From assembly GCA_964057225.1 (NCBI GenBank), contig CAXKVF010000091.1, positions 62,001 through 126,000 on the forward strand: a DNA stretch of 64,000 nucleotides, in the 5' to 3' direction. Below, in pieces: positions 29,001 to 43,100 of this stretch. Numbering within the stretch: the first letter of the stretch is position 1; each line of letters opens with the position of its first letter. The stretch comes from Auanema rhodensis (lineage: Eukaryota; Animalia; Nematoda). A program made the position numbers and the translations under genes. The notes under the pieces were generated by a model. It made no database searches, was not told the DNA's origin, and worked only from the letters and a program-made list of their open reading frames with translations.

Positions 29001-31676
29001 ATATTAGTCTAAAAACAAATTTTTATTGATATTGGTTCATGGTAACCATGACTTTGAAATTTACGTGAACTTTAATTTATGCTAATTAAATGTACACGTG
29101 ATGTGCACTTGGTATGTAACTCGCTTCACGTGAAAGATAAAGAGATGCGGTTTTCAAAATTAGATTCTTCATGTCCATATTAGTCTAAAAACAAATTTTT
29201 ATTGATATTGGTGCATGGTAACCATGACTTTGAATTTTACGTGAACTTTAATTTATGCTAATTAAATGTACACGTGATGTGCACTTGGTATGTAACTCGC
29301 TTCACGTGAAAGATAAAGAGATGCGGTTTTCAAAATTAGATTCCCCATGTCCATATTAGTCTAAAAACAAATTTTTATTGATATTGGTTCATGGTAACCA
29401 TGACTTTGAAATTTACGTGAACTTTAGTTTATGCTAAATAAATGTACACGTGATGTGCACTTGGTATGTAACTCGCTTCACGTGAAAGATAAAGAGATGC
29501 GGTTTTCAAAATTTGATTCCCCATGTCCATATTAGTCTAAAAACAAATTTTTATTGATATTGGTGCATGGTAACCATGACTTTGAAATTTACGTGAACTT
29601 TAATTTATGCTAATTAAATGTACACGTGATGTGCACTTGGTATGTAACTCGCTTCACGTGAAAGATAAAGAGATGCGGTTTTCAAAATTAGATTCCCCAT
29701 GTCCATATTAGTCTAAAAACAAATTTTTATTGATATTGGTGCATGGTAACCATGACTTTGAAATTTACGTGAACTTTAATTTATGCTAATTAAATGTACA
29801 CGTGATGTGCACTTGGTATGTAACTCGCTTCACGTGAAAGATAAAGAGATGCGGTTTTCAAAATTAGATTCCCCATGTCCATATTAGTCTGAAAACAAAT
29901 TTTTATTGATATTGGTGCATGGTAACCATGACTTTGAAATTTACGTGAACTTTAATTTATGCTAATTAAATGTACACGTGATGTGCACTTGGTATGTAAC
30001 TCGCTTCACATGAAAGATAAAGAGATGCGGTTTTCAAAATTAGATTTCCCATGTCCATATTAGTCTAAAAACAAATTTTTATTGATATTGGTTCATGGTA
30101 ACCATGACTTTGAAATTTACGTGAACTTTAATTTATGCTAATTAAATGTACACGTGATGTGCACTTGGTATGTAACTCGCTTCACGTGAAAGATAAAGAG
30201 ATGCGGTTTTCAAAATTAGATTCCCCATGTCCATATTAGTCTAAAAACAAATTTTTATTGATATTGGTGCATGGTAACCATGACTTTGAAATTTACGTGA
30301 ACTTTAATTTATGCTAATTAAATGTACACGTGATGTGCACTTGGTATGTAACTCGCTTCACGTGAAAGATAAAGAGATGCGGTTTTCAAAATTAGATTCC
30401 CCATGTCCATATTAGTCTAAAAACAAATTTTTATTGATATTGGTTCATGGTAACCATGACTTTGAAATTTACGTGAACTTTAGTTTATGCTAATTAAATG
30501 TACACGTGATGTGCACTTGGTATGTAACTCGCTTCACGTGAAAGATAAAGAGATGCGGTTTTCAAAATTAGATTCCCCATGTCCATATTAGTCTAAAAAC
30601 AAATTTTTATTGATATTGGTGCATGGTAACCATGACTTTGAAATTTACGTGAACTTTAATTTATGCTAATTAAATGTACACGTGATGTGCACTTGGTATG
30701 TAACTCGCTTCACGTGAAAGATAAAGAGATGCGGTTTTCAAAATTAGATTCCCCATGTCCATATTAGTCTAAAAACAAATTTTTATTGATATTGGTGCAT
30801 GGTAACCATGACTTTGAATTTTACGTGAACTTTAATTTATGCTAATTAAATGTACACGTGATGTGCACTTGGTATGTAACTCGCTTCACGTGAAAGATAA
30901 AGAGATGCGGTTTTCAAAATTAGATTCCCCATGTCCATATTAGTCTAAAAACAAATTTTTATTGATATTGGTTCATGGTAACCATGACTTTGAAATTTAC
31001 GTGAACTTTAGTTTATGCTAAATAAATGTACACGTGATGTGCACTTGGTATGTAACTCGCTTCACGTGAAAGATAAAGAGATGCGGTTTTCAAAATTTGA
31101 TTCCCCATGTCCATATTAGTCTAAAAACAAATTTTTATTGATATTGGTGCATGGTAACCATGACTTTGAAATTTACGTGAACTTTAATTTATGCTAATTA
31201 AATGTACACGTGATGTGCACTTGGTATGTAACTCGCTTCACGTGAAAGATAAAGAGATGCGGTTTTCAAAATTAGATTCCCCATGTCCATATTAGTCTAA
31301 AAACAAATTTTTATTGATATTGGTGCATGGTAACCATGACTTTGAAATTTACGTGAACTTTAATTTATGCTAATTAAATGTACACGTGATGTGCACTTGG
31401 TATGTAACTCGCTTCACGTGAAAGATAAAGAGATGCGGTTTTCAAAATTAGATTCCCCATGTCCATATTAGTCTGAAAACAAATTTTTATTGATATTGGT
31501 GCATGGTAACCATGACTTTGAAATTTACGTGAACTTTAATTTATGCTAATTAAATGTACACGTGATGTGCACTTGGTATGTAACTCGCTTCACATGAAAG
31601 ATAAAGAGATGCGGTTTTCAAAATTAGATTCCCCTTGTCCATATTAGTCTAAAAACAAATTTTTATTGATATTGGT
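23053..31676. repeat. 13-monomer higher-order repeat (2288 bp) with 8-mer and 9-mer length variants
   Basis: The marker monomer G1T+A39G+T50A+A126T starts at 23405, 25693, 27101, 29389 and 30973 (spacing 13, 8, 13, 9 monomers). Each is followed two monomers later by A151G and then G94A. Confidence 0.9.
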
Positions 31677-34600
31677 GCATGGTAACCATGACTTTGAATT
31701 TTACGTGAACTTTAATTTATGCTAATTAAATGTACACGTGATGTGCACTTGGTATGTAACTCGCTTCACGTGAAAGATAAAGAGATGCGGTTTTCAAAAT
31801 TAGATTCCCCATGTCCATATTAGTCTAAAAACAAATTTTTATTGATATTGGTGCATGGTAACCATGACTTTGAGATTTACATGAACTTTAATTTATGCTA
31901 ATTAAATGTACACGTGATGTGCACTTGGTATGTAACTCGCTTCACATGAAAGATAAAGAGATGCGGTTTTCAAAATTAGATTCCCCTTGTCCATATTAGT
32001 CTAAAAACAAATTTTTATTGATATTGGTGCATGGTAACCATGACTTTGAATTTTACGTGAACTTTAATTTATGCTAATTAAATGTACACGTGATGTGCAC
32101 TTGTAATGTAACTCGCTTCACGTGAAAGATAAAGAGATGCGGTTTTCAAAATTAGATTCCCCATGTCCATATTAGTCTAAAAACAAATTTTTATTGATAT
32201 TGGTGCATGGTAACCATGACTTTGAAATTTACATGAACTTTAATTTATGCTAATTAAATGTACACGTGATGTGCACTTGGTATGTAACTCGCTTCACATG
32301 AAAGATAAAGAGATGCGGTTTTCAAAATTAGATTCCCCTTGTCCATATTAGTCTAAAAACAAATTTTTATTGATATTGGTGCATGGTAACCATGACTTTG
32401 AATTTTACGTGAACTTTAATTTATGCTAATTAAATGTACACGTGATGTGCACTTGTAATGTAACTCGCTTCACGTGAAAGATAAAGAGATGCGGTTTTCA
32501 AAATTAGATTCCCCATGTCCATATTAGTCTAAAAACAAATTTTTATTGATATTGGTTCATGGTAACCATGACTTTGAAATTTACGTGAACTTTAATTTAT
32601 GCTAATTAAATGTACACGTGATGTGCACTTGGTATGTAACTCGCTTCACATGAAAGATAAAGAGATGCGGTTTTCAAAATTAGATTCCCCTTGTCCATAT
32701 TAGTCTAAAAACAAATTTTTATTGATATTGGTGCATGGTAACCATGACTTTGAATTTTACGTGAACTTTAATTTATGCTAATTAATGTACACGTGATGTG
32801 CACTTGTAATGTAACTCGCTTCACGTGAAAGATAAAGAGATGCGGTTTTCAAAATTAGATTTCCCATGTCCATATTAGTCTAAAAACAAATTTTTATTGA
32901 TATTGGTTCATGGTAACCATGACTTTGAAATTTACGTGAACTTTAATTTATGCTAATTAAATGTACACGTGATGTGCACTTGGTATGTAACTCGCTTCAC
33001 GTGAAAGATAAAGAGATGCGGTTTTCAAAATTAGATTCCCCATGTCCATATTAGTCTAAAAACAAATTTTTATCGATATTGGTGCATGGTAACCATGACT
33101 TTGAAATTTACGTGAACTTTAATTTATGCTAATTAAATGTACACGTGATGTGCACTTGGTATGTAACTCGCTTCACGTGAAAGATAAAGAGATGCGGTTT
33201 TCAAAATTAGATTCCCCATGTCCATATTAGTCTAAAAACAAATTTTTATTGATATTGGTGCATGGTAACCATGACTTTGAAATTTACGTGAACTTTAATT
33301 TATGCTAATTAAATGTACACGTGATGTGCACTTGGTATGTAACTCGCTTCACGTGAAAGATAAAGAGATGCGGTTTTCAAAATTAGATTCCCCATGTCCA
33401 TATTAGTCTAAAAACAAATTTTTATTGATATTGGTGCATGGTAACCATGACTTTGAAATTTACGTGAACTTTAATTTATGCTAATTAAATGTACACGTGA
33501 TGTGCACTTGGTATGTAACTCGCTTCACGTGAAAGATAAAGAGATGCGGTTTTCAAAATTAGATTCCCCATGTCCATATTAGTCTAAAAACAAATTTTTA
33601 TTGATATTGGTGCATGGTAACCATGACTTTGAATTTTACGTGAACTTTAATTTATGCTAATTAAATGTACACGTGATGTGCACTTGTAATGTAACTCGCT
33701 TCACGTGAAAGATAAAGAGATGCGGTTTTCAAAATTAGATTTCCCATGTCCATATTAGTCTAAAAACAAATTTTTATTGATATTGGTTCATGGTAACCAT
33801 GACTTTGAAATTTACGTGAACTTTAATTTATGCTAATTAAATGTACACGTGATGTGCACTTGGTATGTAACTCGCTTCACGTGAAAGATAAAGAGATGCG
33901 GTTTTCAAAATTAGATTCCCCATGTCCATATTAGTCTAAAAACAAATTTTTATCGATATTGGTGCATGGTAACCATGACTTTGAAATTTACGTGAACTTT
34001 AATTTATGCTAATTAAATGTACACGTGATGTGCACTTGGTATGTAACTCGCTTCACGTGAAAGATAAAGAGATGCGGTTTTCAAAATTAGATTCCCCATG
34101 TCCATATTAGTCTAAAAACAAATTTTTATTGATATTGGTTCATGGTAACCATGACTTTGAAATTTACGTGAACTTTAATTTATGCTAATTAAATGTACAC
34201 GTGATGTGCACTTGGTATGTAACTCGCTTCACGTGAAAGATAAAGAGATGCGGTTTTCAAAATTAGATTCCCCATGTCCATATTAGTCTAAAAACAAATT
34301 TTTATTGATATTGGTGCATGGTAACCATGACTTTGAATTTTACGTGAACTTTAATTTATGCTAATTAAATGTACACGTGATGTGCACTTGGTATGTAACT
34401 CGCTTCACGTGAAAGATAAAGAGATGCGGTTTTCAAAATTAGATTCCCCATGTCCATATTAGTCTAAAAACAAATTTTTATTGATATTGGTTCATGGTAA
34501 CCATGACTTTGAAATTTACGTGAACTTTAATTTATGCTAATTAAATGTACACGTGATGTGCACTTGGTATGTAACTCGCTTCACGTGAAAGATAAAGAGA

Positions 34601-36075
34601 AGCGGTTTTCAAAATTAGATTCCCCATGTCCATATTAGTCTAAAAACAAATTTTTATTGATATTGCTTCATGGTAACCATGACTTTGAAATTTACGTGAA
34701 CTTTAATTTATGCTAATTAAATGTACACGTGATGTGCACTTGGTATGTAACTCGCTTCACGTGAAAGATAAAGAGATGCGGTTTTCAAAATTAGATTCCC
34801 CATGTCCATATTAGTCTAAAAACAAATTTTTATTGATATTGGTTCATGGTAACCATGACTTTGAAATTTACGTGAACTTTAATTTATGCTAATTAAATGT
34901 ACACGTGTTGTGCACTTGGTATGTAACTCGCTTCACGTGAAAGATAAAGAGATGCGGTTTTCAAAATTAGATTCCCCATGTCCATATTAGTCTAAAAACA
35001 AATTTTTATTGATATTGGTGCATGGTAACCATGACTTTGAAATTTACGTGAACTTTAATTTATGCTAATTAAATGTACACGTGATGTGCACTTGGTATGT
35101 AACTCGCTTCACGTGAAAGATAAAGAGATGCGGTTTTCAAAATTAGATTCCCCATGTCCATATTAGTCTAAAAACAAATTTTTATTGATATTGGTTCATG
35201 GTAACCATGACTTTGAAATTTACGTGAACTTTAATTTATGCTAATTAAATGTACACGTGATGTGCACTTGGTATGTAACTCGCTTCACGTGAAAGATAAA
35301 GAGATGCGGTTTTCAAAATTAGATTCCCCATGTCCATATTAGTCTAAAAACAAATTTTTATTGATATTGGTGCATGGTAACCATGACTTTGAAATTTACG
35401 TGAACTTTAATTTATGCTAATTAAATGTACACGTGATGTGCACTTGGTATGTAACTCGCTTCACGTGAAAGATAAAGAGATGCGGTTTTCAAAATTAGAT
35501 TCCCCATGTCCATATTAGTCTAAAAACAAATTTTTATTTATATTGGTGCATGGTAACCATGACTTTGAAATTTACGTGAACTTTAATTTATGCTAATTAA
35601 ATGTACACGTGATGTGCACTTGGTATGTAACTCGCTTCACGTGAAAGATAAAGAGATGCGGTTTTCAAAATTAGATTCCCCATGTCCATATTAGTCTAAA
35701 AACAAATTTTTATTGATATTGGTGCATGGTAACCATGACTTTGAATTTTACGTGAACTTTAATTTATGCTAATTAAATGTACACGTGATGTGCACTTGGT
35801 ATGTAACTCGCTTCACGTGAAAGATAAAGAGATGCGGTTTTCAAAATTAGATTCCCCATGTCCATATTAGTCTAAAAACAAATTTTTATTGATATTGGTG
35901 CATGGTAACCATGACTTTGAAATTTACGTGAACTTTAATTTATGCTAATTAAATGTACACGTGATGTGCACTTGGTATGTAACTCGCTTCACGTGAAAGA
36001 TAAAGAGATGCGGTTTTCAAAATTAGATTCCCCATGTCAATATTAGTCTAAAAACAATTTTTTATTGATATTGGT

Positions 36076-39000
36076 TCATGGTAACCATGACTTTGAAATT
36101 TACGTGAACTTTAATTTATGCTAATTAAATGTACACGTGATGTGCACTTGGTATGTAACTCGCTTCACGTGAAAGATAAAGAGATGCGGTTTTCAAGATT
36201 AGATTCCCCATGTCCATATTAGTCTGAAAACAAATTTTTATTGATATTGGTTCATGGTAACCATGACTTTGAAATTTACGTGAACTTTAATTTATGTTAA
36301 TTAAATGTACACGTGATGTGCACTTGGCATGTAACTCGCTTCACGTGAAAGATAAAGAGATGCGGTTTTCAAAATTAGATTCCCCATGTCCATATTAGTC
36401 TAAAAACAAATTTTTATTGATATTGGTGCATGGTAACCATGACTTTGAAATTTACGTGAACTTTAATTTATGCTAATTAAATGTACACGTGATGTGCACT
36501 TGGTATGTAACTCGCTTCACGTGAAAGATAAAGAGATGCGGTTTTCAAAATTAGATTCCCCATGTCCATATTAGTCTAAAAACAAATTTTTATTGATATT
36601 GGTGCATGGTAACCATGACTTTGAAATTTACGTGAACTTTAATTTATGCTAATTAAATGTACACGTGATGTGCACTTGGTATGTAACTCGCTTCACGTGA
36701 AAGATAAAGAGATGCGGTTTTCAAAATTAGATTCCCCATGTCCATATTAGTCTAAAAACAAATTTTTATTGATATTGGTGCATGGTAACCATGACTTTGA
36801 AATTTACGTGAACTTTAATTTATGCTAATTAAATGTACACGTGATGTGCACTTGGTATGTGACTCGCTTCACATGAAAGATAAAGAGATGCGGTTTTCAA
36901 AATTAGATTCCCCTTGTCCATATTAGTCTAAAAACAAATTTTTATTGATATTGGTGCATGGTAACCATGACTTTGAATTTTACGTGAACTTTAATTTATG
37001 CTAATTAAATGTACACGTGATGTGCACTTGGTATGTAACTCGCTTCACGTGAAAGATAAAGAGATGCGGTTTTCAAAATTAGATTTCCCATGTCCATATT
37101 AGTCTAAATACAAATTTTTATTGATATTGGTTCATGGTAACCATGACTTTGAAATTTACGTGAACTTTAATTTATGCTAATTAAATGTACACGTGATGTG
37201 CACTTGGTATGTAACTCGCTTCACGTGAAAGATAAAGAGATGCGGTTTTCAAAATTAGATTCCCCATGTCCATATTAGTCTAAAAACAAATTTTTATTGA
37301 TATTGGTGCATGGTAACCATGACTTTGAAATTTACGTGAACTTTAATTTATGCTAATTAAATGTACACGTGATGTGCACTTGGTATGTAACTCGCTTCAC
37401 ATGAAAGATAAAGAGATGCGGTTTTCAAAATTAGATTCCCCTTGTCCATATTAGTCTAAAAACAAATTTTTATTGATATTGGTGCATGGTAACCATGACT
37501 TTGAATTTTACGTGAACTTTAATTTATGCTAATTAAATGTACACGTGATGTGCACTTGGTATGTAACTCGCTTCACGTGAAAGATAAAGAGATGCGGTTT
37601 TCAAAATTAGATTTCCCATGTCCATATTAGTCTAAAAACAAATTTTTATTGATATTGGTTCATGGTAACCATGACTTTGAAATTTACGTGAACTTTAATT
37701 TATGCTAATTAAATGTACACGTGATGTGCACTTGGTATGTAACTCGCTTCACGTGAAAGATAAAGAGATGCGGTTTTCAAAATTAGATTCCCCATGTCCA
37801 TATTAGTCTAAAAACAAATTTTTATTGATATTGGTGCATGGTAACCATGACTTTGAAATTTACGTGAACTTTAATTTATGCTAATTAAATGTACACGTGA
37901 TGTGCACTTGGTATGTAACTCGCTTCACGTGAAAGATAAAGAGATGCGGTTTTCAAAATTAGATTCCCCATGTCCATATTAGTCTAAAAACAAATTTTTA
38001 TTGATATTGGTGCATGGTAACCATGACTTTGAAATTTACGTGAACTTTAATTTATGCTAATTAAATGTACACGTGATGTGCACTTGGTATGTAACTCGCT
38101 TCACGTGAAAGATAAAGAGATGCGGTTTTCAAGATTAGATTCCCCATGTCCATATTAGTCTGAAAACAAATTTTTATTGATATTGGTTCATGGTAACCAT
38201 GACTTTGAAATTTACGTGAACTTTAATTTATGCTAATTAAATGTACACGTGATGTGCACTTGGTATGTAACTCGCTTCACGTGAAAGATAAAGAGATGCG
38301 GTTTTCAAAATTAGATTCCCCATGTCCATATTAGTCTAAAAACAAATTTTTATTGATATTGGTGCATGGTAACCATGACTTTGAAATTTACGTGAACTTT
38401 AATTTATGCTAATTAAATGTACACGTGATGTGCACTTGGTATGTAACTCGCTTCACGTGAAAGATAAAGAGATGCGCTTTTCAAAATTAGATTCCCCATG
38501 TCCATATTAGTCTAAAAACAAATTTTTATTGATATTGGTGCATGGTAACCATGACTTTGAAATTTACGTGAACTTTAATTTATGCTAATTAAATGTACAC
38601 GTGATGTGCACTTGGTATGTAACTCGCTTCACATGAAAGATAAAGAGATGCGGTTTTCAAAATTAGATTCCCCTTGTCCATATTAGTCTAAAAACAAATT
38701 TTTATTGATATTGGTGCATGGTAACCATGACTTTGAATTTTACGTGAACTTTAATTTATGCTAATTAAATGTACACGTGATGTGCACTTGGTATGTAACT
38801 CGCTTCACGTGAAAGATAAAGAGATGCGGTTTTCAAAATTAGATTTCCCATGTCCATATTAGTCTAAATACAAATTTTTATTGATATTGGTTCATGGTAA
38901 CCATGACTTTGAAATTTACGTGAACTTTAATTTATGCTAATTAAATGTACACGTGATGTGCACTTGGTATGTAACTCGCTTCACGTGAAAGATAAAGAGA

Positions 39001-40123
39001 TGCGGTTTTCAAAATTAGATTCCCCATGTCCATATTAGTCTAAAAACAAATTTTTATTGATATTGGTGCATGGTAACCATGACTTTGAAATTTACGTGAA
39101 CTTTAATTTATGCTAATTAAATGTACACGTGATGTGCACTTGGTATGTAACTCGCTTCACATGAAAGATAAAGAGATGCGGTTTTCAAAATTAGATTCCC
39201 CTTGTCCATATTAGTCTAAAAACAAATTTTTATTGATATTGGTGCATGGTAACCATGACTTTGAATTTTACGTGAACTTTAATTTATGCTAATTAAATGT
39301 ACACGTGATGTGCACTTGGTATGTAACTCGCTTCACGTGAAAGATAAAGAGATGCGGTTTTCAAAATTAGATTTCCCATGTCCATATTAGTCTAAAAACA
39401 AATTTTTATGGATATTGGTTCATGGTAACCATGACTTTGAAATTTACGTGAACTTTAATTTATGCTAATTAAATGTACACGTGATGTGCACTTGGTATGT
39501 AACTCGCTTCACGTGAAAGATAAAGAGATGCGGTTTTCAAAATTAGATTCCCCATGTCCATATTAGTCTAAAAACAAATTTTTATTGATATTGGTGCATG
39601 GTAACCATGACTTTGAAATTTACGTGAACTTTAATTTATGCTAATTAAATGTACACGTGATGTGCACTTGGTATGTAACTCGCTTCACGTGAAAGATAAA
39701 GAGATGCGGTTTTCAAAATTAGATTCCCCATGTCCATATTAGTCAAAAAACAAATTTTTATTGATATTGGTGCATGGTAACCATGACTTTGAAATTTACG
39801 TGAACTTTAATTTATGCTAATTAAATGTACACGTGATGTGCACTTGGTATGTAACTCGCTTCACGTGAAAGATAAAGAGATGCGGTTTTCAAGATTAGAT
39901 TCCCCATGTCCATATTAGTCTGAAAACAAATTTTTATTGATATTGGTTCATGGTAACCATGACTTTGAAATTTACGTGAACTTTAATTTATGCTAATTAA
40001 ATGTACACGTGATGTGCACTTGGTATGTAACTCGCTTCACGTGAAAGATAAAGAGATGCGGTTTTCAAAATTAGATTCCCCATGTCCATATCAGTCTAAA
40101 AACAAATTTTTATTGATATTGGT
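36076..40123. repeat. 10/11-monomer higher-order repeat containing an internal duplicated trimer
   Basis: A122G+A151G monomers start at 36076, 38012 and 39772. A154T monomers start at 36956 and 38716 (1760 bp apart). The trimer (G94A+A135T; A23T+C131T; G1T) occurs twice per unit. Confidence 0.85.
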
Positions 40124-43100
40124 GCATGGTAACCATGACTTTGAAATTTACGTGAACTGTAATTTATGCTAATTAAATGTACACGTGATGTGCACTTGGT
40201 ATGTAACTCGCTTCACGTGAAAGATAAAGAGATGCGGTTTTCAAAATTAGATTCCCCATGTCCATATTAGTCTAAAAACAAATTTTTATTGATATTGGTG
40301 CATGGTAACCATGACTTTGAAATTTACGTGAACTTTAATTTATGCTAATTAAATGTACACGTGATGTGCACTTGGTATGTAACTCGCTTCACGTGAAAGA
40401 TAAAGAGATGCGGTTTTCAAAATTAGATTCCCCATGTCCATATTAGTCTAAAAACAATTTTTTATTGATATTGGTGCATGGTAACCATGACTTTGAAATT
40501 TACGTGAACTTTAATTTATGCTAATTAAATGTACACGTGATGTGCACTTGGTATGTAACTCGCTTCACGTGAAAGATAAAGAGATGCGGTTTTCAAAATT
40601 ATATTCCCCATGTCCATATTAGTCTAAAAACAAATTAGTATTGATATTGGTTCATGGTAACCATGACTTTGAAATTTACGTGAACTTTAATTTATGCTAA
40701 TTAAATGTACACGTGATGTGCACTTGGTATGTAACTCGCTTCACGTGAAAGATAAAGAGATGCGGTTTTCAAAATTAGATTCCCCATGTCCATATTAGTC
40801 TAAAAACAAATTTTTATTGATATTGGTGCATGGTAACCATGACTTTGAAATTTACGTGAACTTTAATTTATGCTAATTAAATGTACACGTGATGTGCACT
40901 TGGTATGTAACTCGCTTCACGTGAAAGATAAAGAGATGCGGTTTTCAAAATTAGATTCCCCATGTCCATATTAGTCTAAAAACAAATTTTTATTGATATT
41001 GGTGCATGGTAACCATGACTTTGAATTTTACGTGAACTTTAATTTATGCTAATTAAATGTACACGTGATGTGCACTTGGTATGTAACTCGCTTCACGTGA
41101 AAGATAAAGAGATGCGGTTTTCAAAATTAGATTCCCCATGTCCATATTAGTCTAAAAACAAATTTTTATTGATATTGGTGCATGGTAATCATGACTTTGA
41201 AATTTACGTGAACTTTAATTTATGCTAATTAAATGTACACGTGATGTGCACTTGGTATGTAACTCGCTTCACGTGAAAGATAAAGAGATGCGGTTTTCAA
41301 AATTAGATTCCCCATGTCCATATTAGTCTAAAAACAAATTTTTATTGATATTGGTGCATGGTAGCCATGACTTTGAAATTTACGTGAACTTTAATTTATG
41401 CTAATTAAATGTACACGTGATGTGCACTTGGTATGTAACTCGCTTCACGTGAAAGATAAAGAGATGCGGTTTTCAAAATTAGATTCCCCATGTCCATATT
41501 AGTCTAAAAACAAATTTTTATTGATATTGGTGCATGGTAACCATGACTTTGAAATTTACGTGAACTTTAATTTATGCTAATTAAATGTACACGTGATGTG
41601 CACTTGGTATGTAACTCGCTTCACGTGAAAGATAAAGAGATGCGGTTTTCAAAATTAGATTCCCCATGTCCATATTAGTCTAAAAACAAATTTTTATTGA
41701 TATTGGTGCATGGTAACCATGACTTTGAATTTTACGTGAACTTTAATTTATGCTAATTAAATGTACACGTGATGTGCACTTGGTATGTAACTCGCTTCAC
41801 GTGAAAGATAAAGAGATGCGGTTTTCAAAATTAGATTCCCCATGTCCATATTAGTCTAAAAACAAATTTTTATTGATATTGGTGCATGGTAACCATGACT
41901 TTGAAATTTACGTGAACTTTAATTTATGCTAATTAAATGTACACGTGATGTGCACTTGGTATGTAACTCGCTTCACGTGAAAGATAAAGAGATGCGGTTT
42001 TCAAAATTAGATTCCCCATGTCCATATTAGTCTAAAAACAAATTTTTATTGATATTGGTGCATGGTAACCATGACTTTGAAATTTACGTGAACTTTAATT
42101 TATGCTAATTAAATGTACACGTGATGTGCACTTGGTATGTAACTCGCTTCACGTGAAAGATAAAGAGATGCGGTTTTCAAAATTAGATTCCCCATGTCCA
42201 TATTAGTCTAAAAACAAATTTTTATTGATATTGGTTCATGGTTACCATGACTTTGAAATTTACGTGAACTTTAATTTATGCTAATTAAATGTACACGTGA
42301 TGTGCACTTGGTATGTAACTCGCTTCACGTGAAAGATAAAGAGATGCGGTTTTCAAAATTAGATTCCCCATGTCCATATTAGTCTAAAAACAAATTTTCA
42401 TTGATATTGGTGCATGGTAACCATGACTTTGAAATTTACGTGAACTTTAATTTATGCTAATTAAATGTACACGTGATGTGCACTTGGTATGTAACTCGCT
42501 TCACGTGAAAGATAAAGAGATGCGGTTTTCAAAATTAGATTACCCATGTCCATATTAGTCTAAAAACAAATTTTTATTGATATTGGTTCATGGTAACCAT
42601 GACTTTGAAATTTACGTGAACTTTAATTTATGCTAATTAAATGTACACGTGATGTGCACTTGGTATGTAACTCGCTTCACGTGAAAGATAAAGAGATGCG
42701 GTTTTCAAAATTAGATTCTTCATGTCCATATTAGTCTAAAAACAAATTTTTATTGATATTGCTTCATGGTAACCATGACTTTGAAATTTACGTGAACTTT
42801 AATTTATGCTAATTAAATGTACACGTGATGTGCACTTGGTATGTAACTCGCTTCACGTGAAAGATAAAGAGAAGCGGTTTTCAAAATTAGATTCCCCATG
42901 TCCATATTAGTCTAAAAACAAATTTTTATTGATATTGCTTCATGGTAACCATGACTTTGAAATTTACGTGAACTTTAATTTATGCTAATTAAATGTACAC
43001 GTGATGTGCACTTGGTATGTAACTCGCTTCACGTGAAAGATAAAGAGATGCGGTTTTCAAAATTAGATTCCCCATGTCCATATTAGTCTAAAAACAAATT

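Noticed and set aside
39990-40172. 60-aa ORF from the track (MLIKCTRDVH...)
   Set aside because: Consensus monomers all have a 34-codon ATG(43)-to-TAG(145) frame. A single T-to-C change at 40092 (TAG to CAG) lets this copy read into the next monomer. It is a chance event in satellite DNA with no recognisable domain or gene context.
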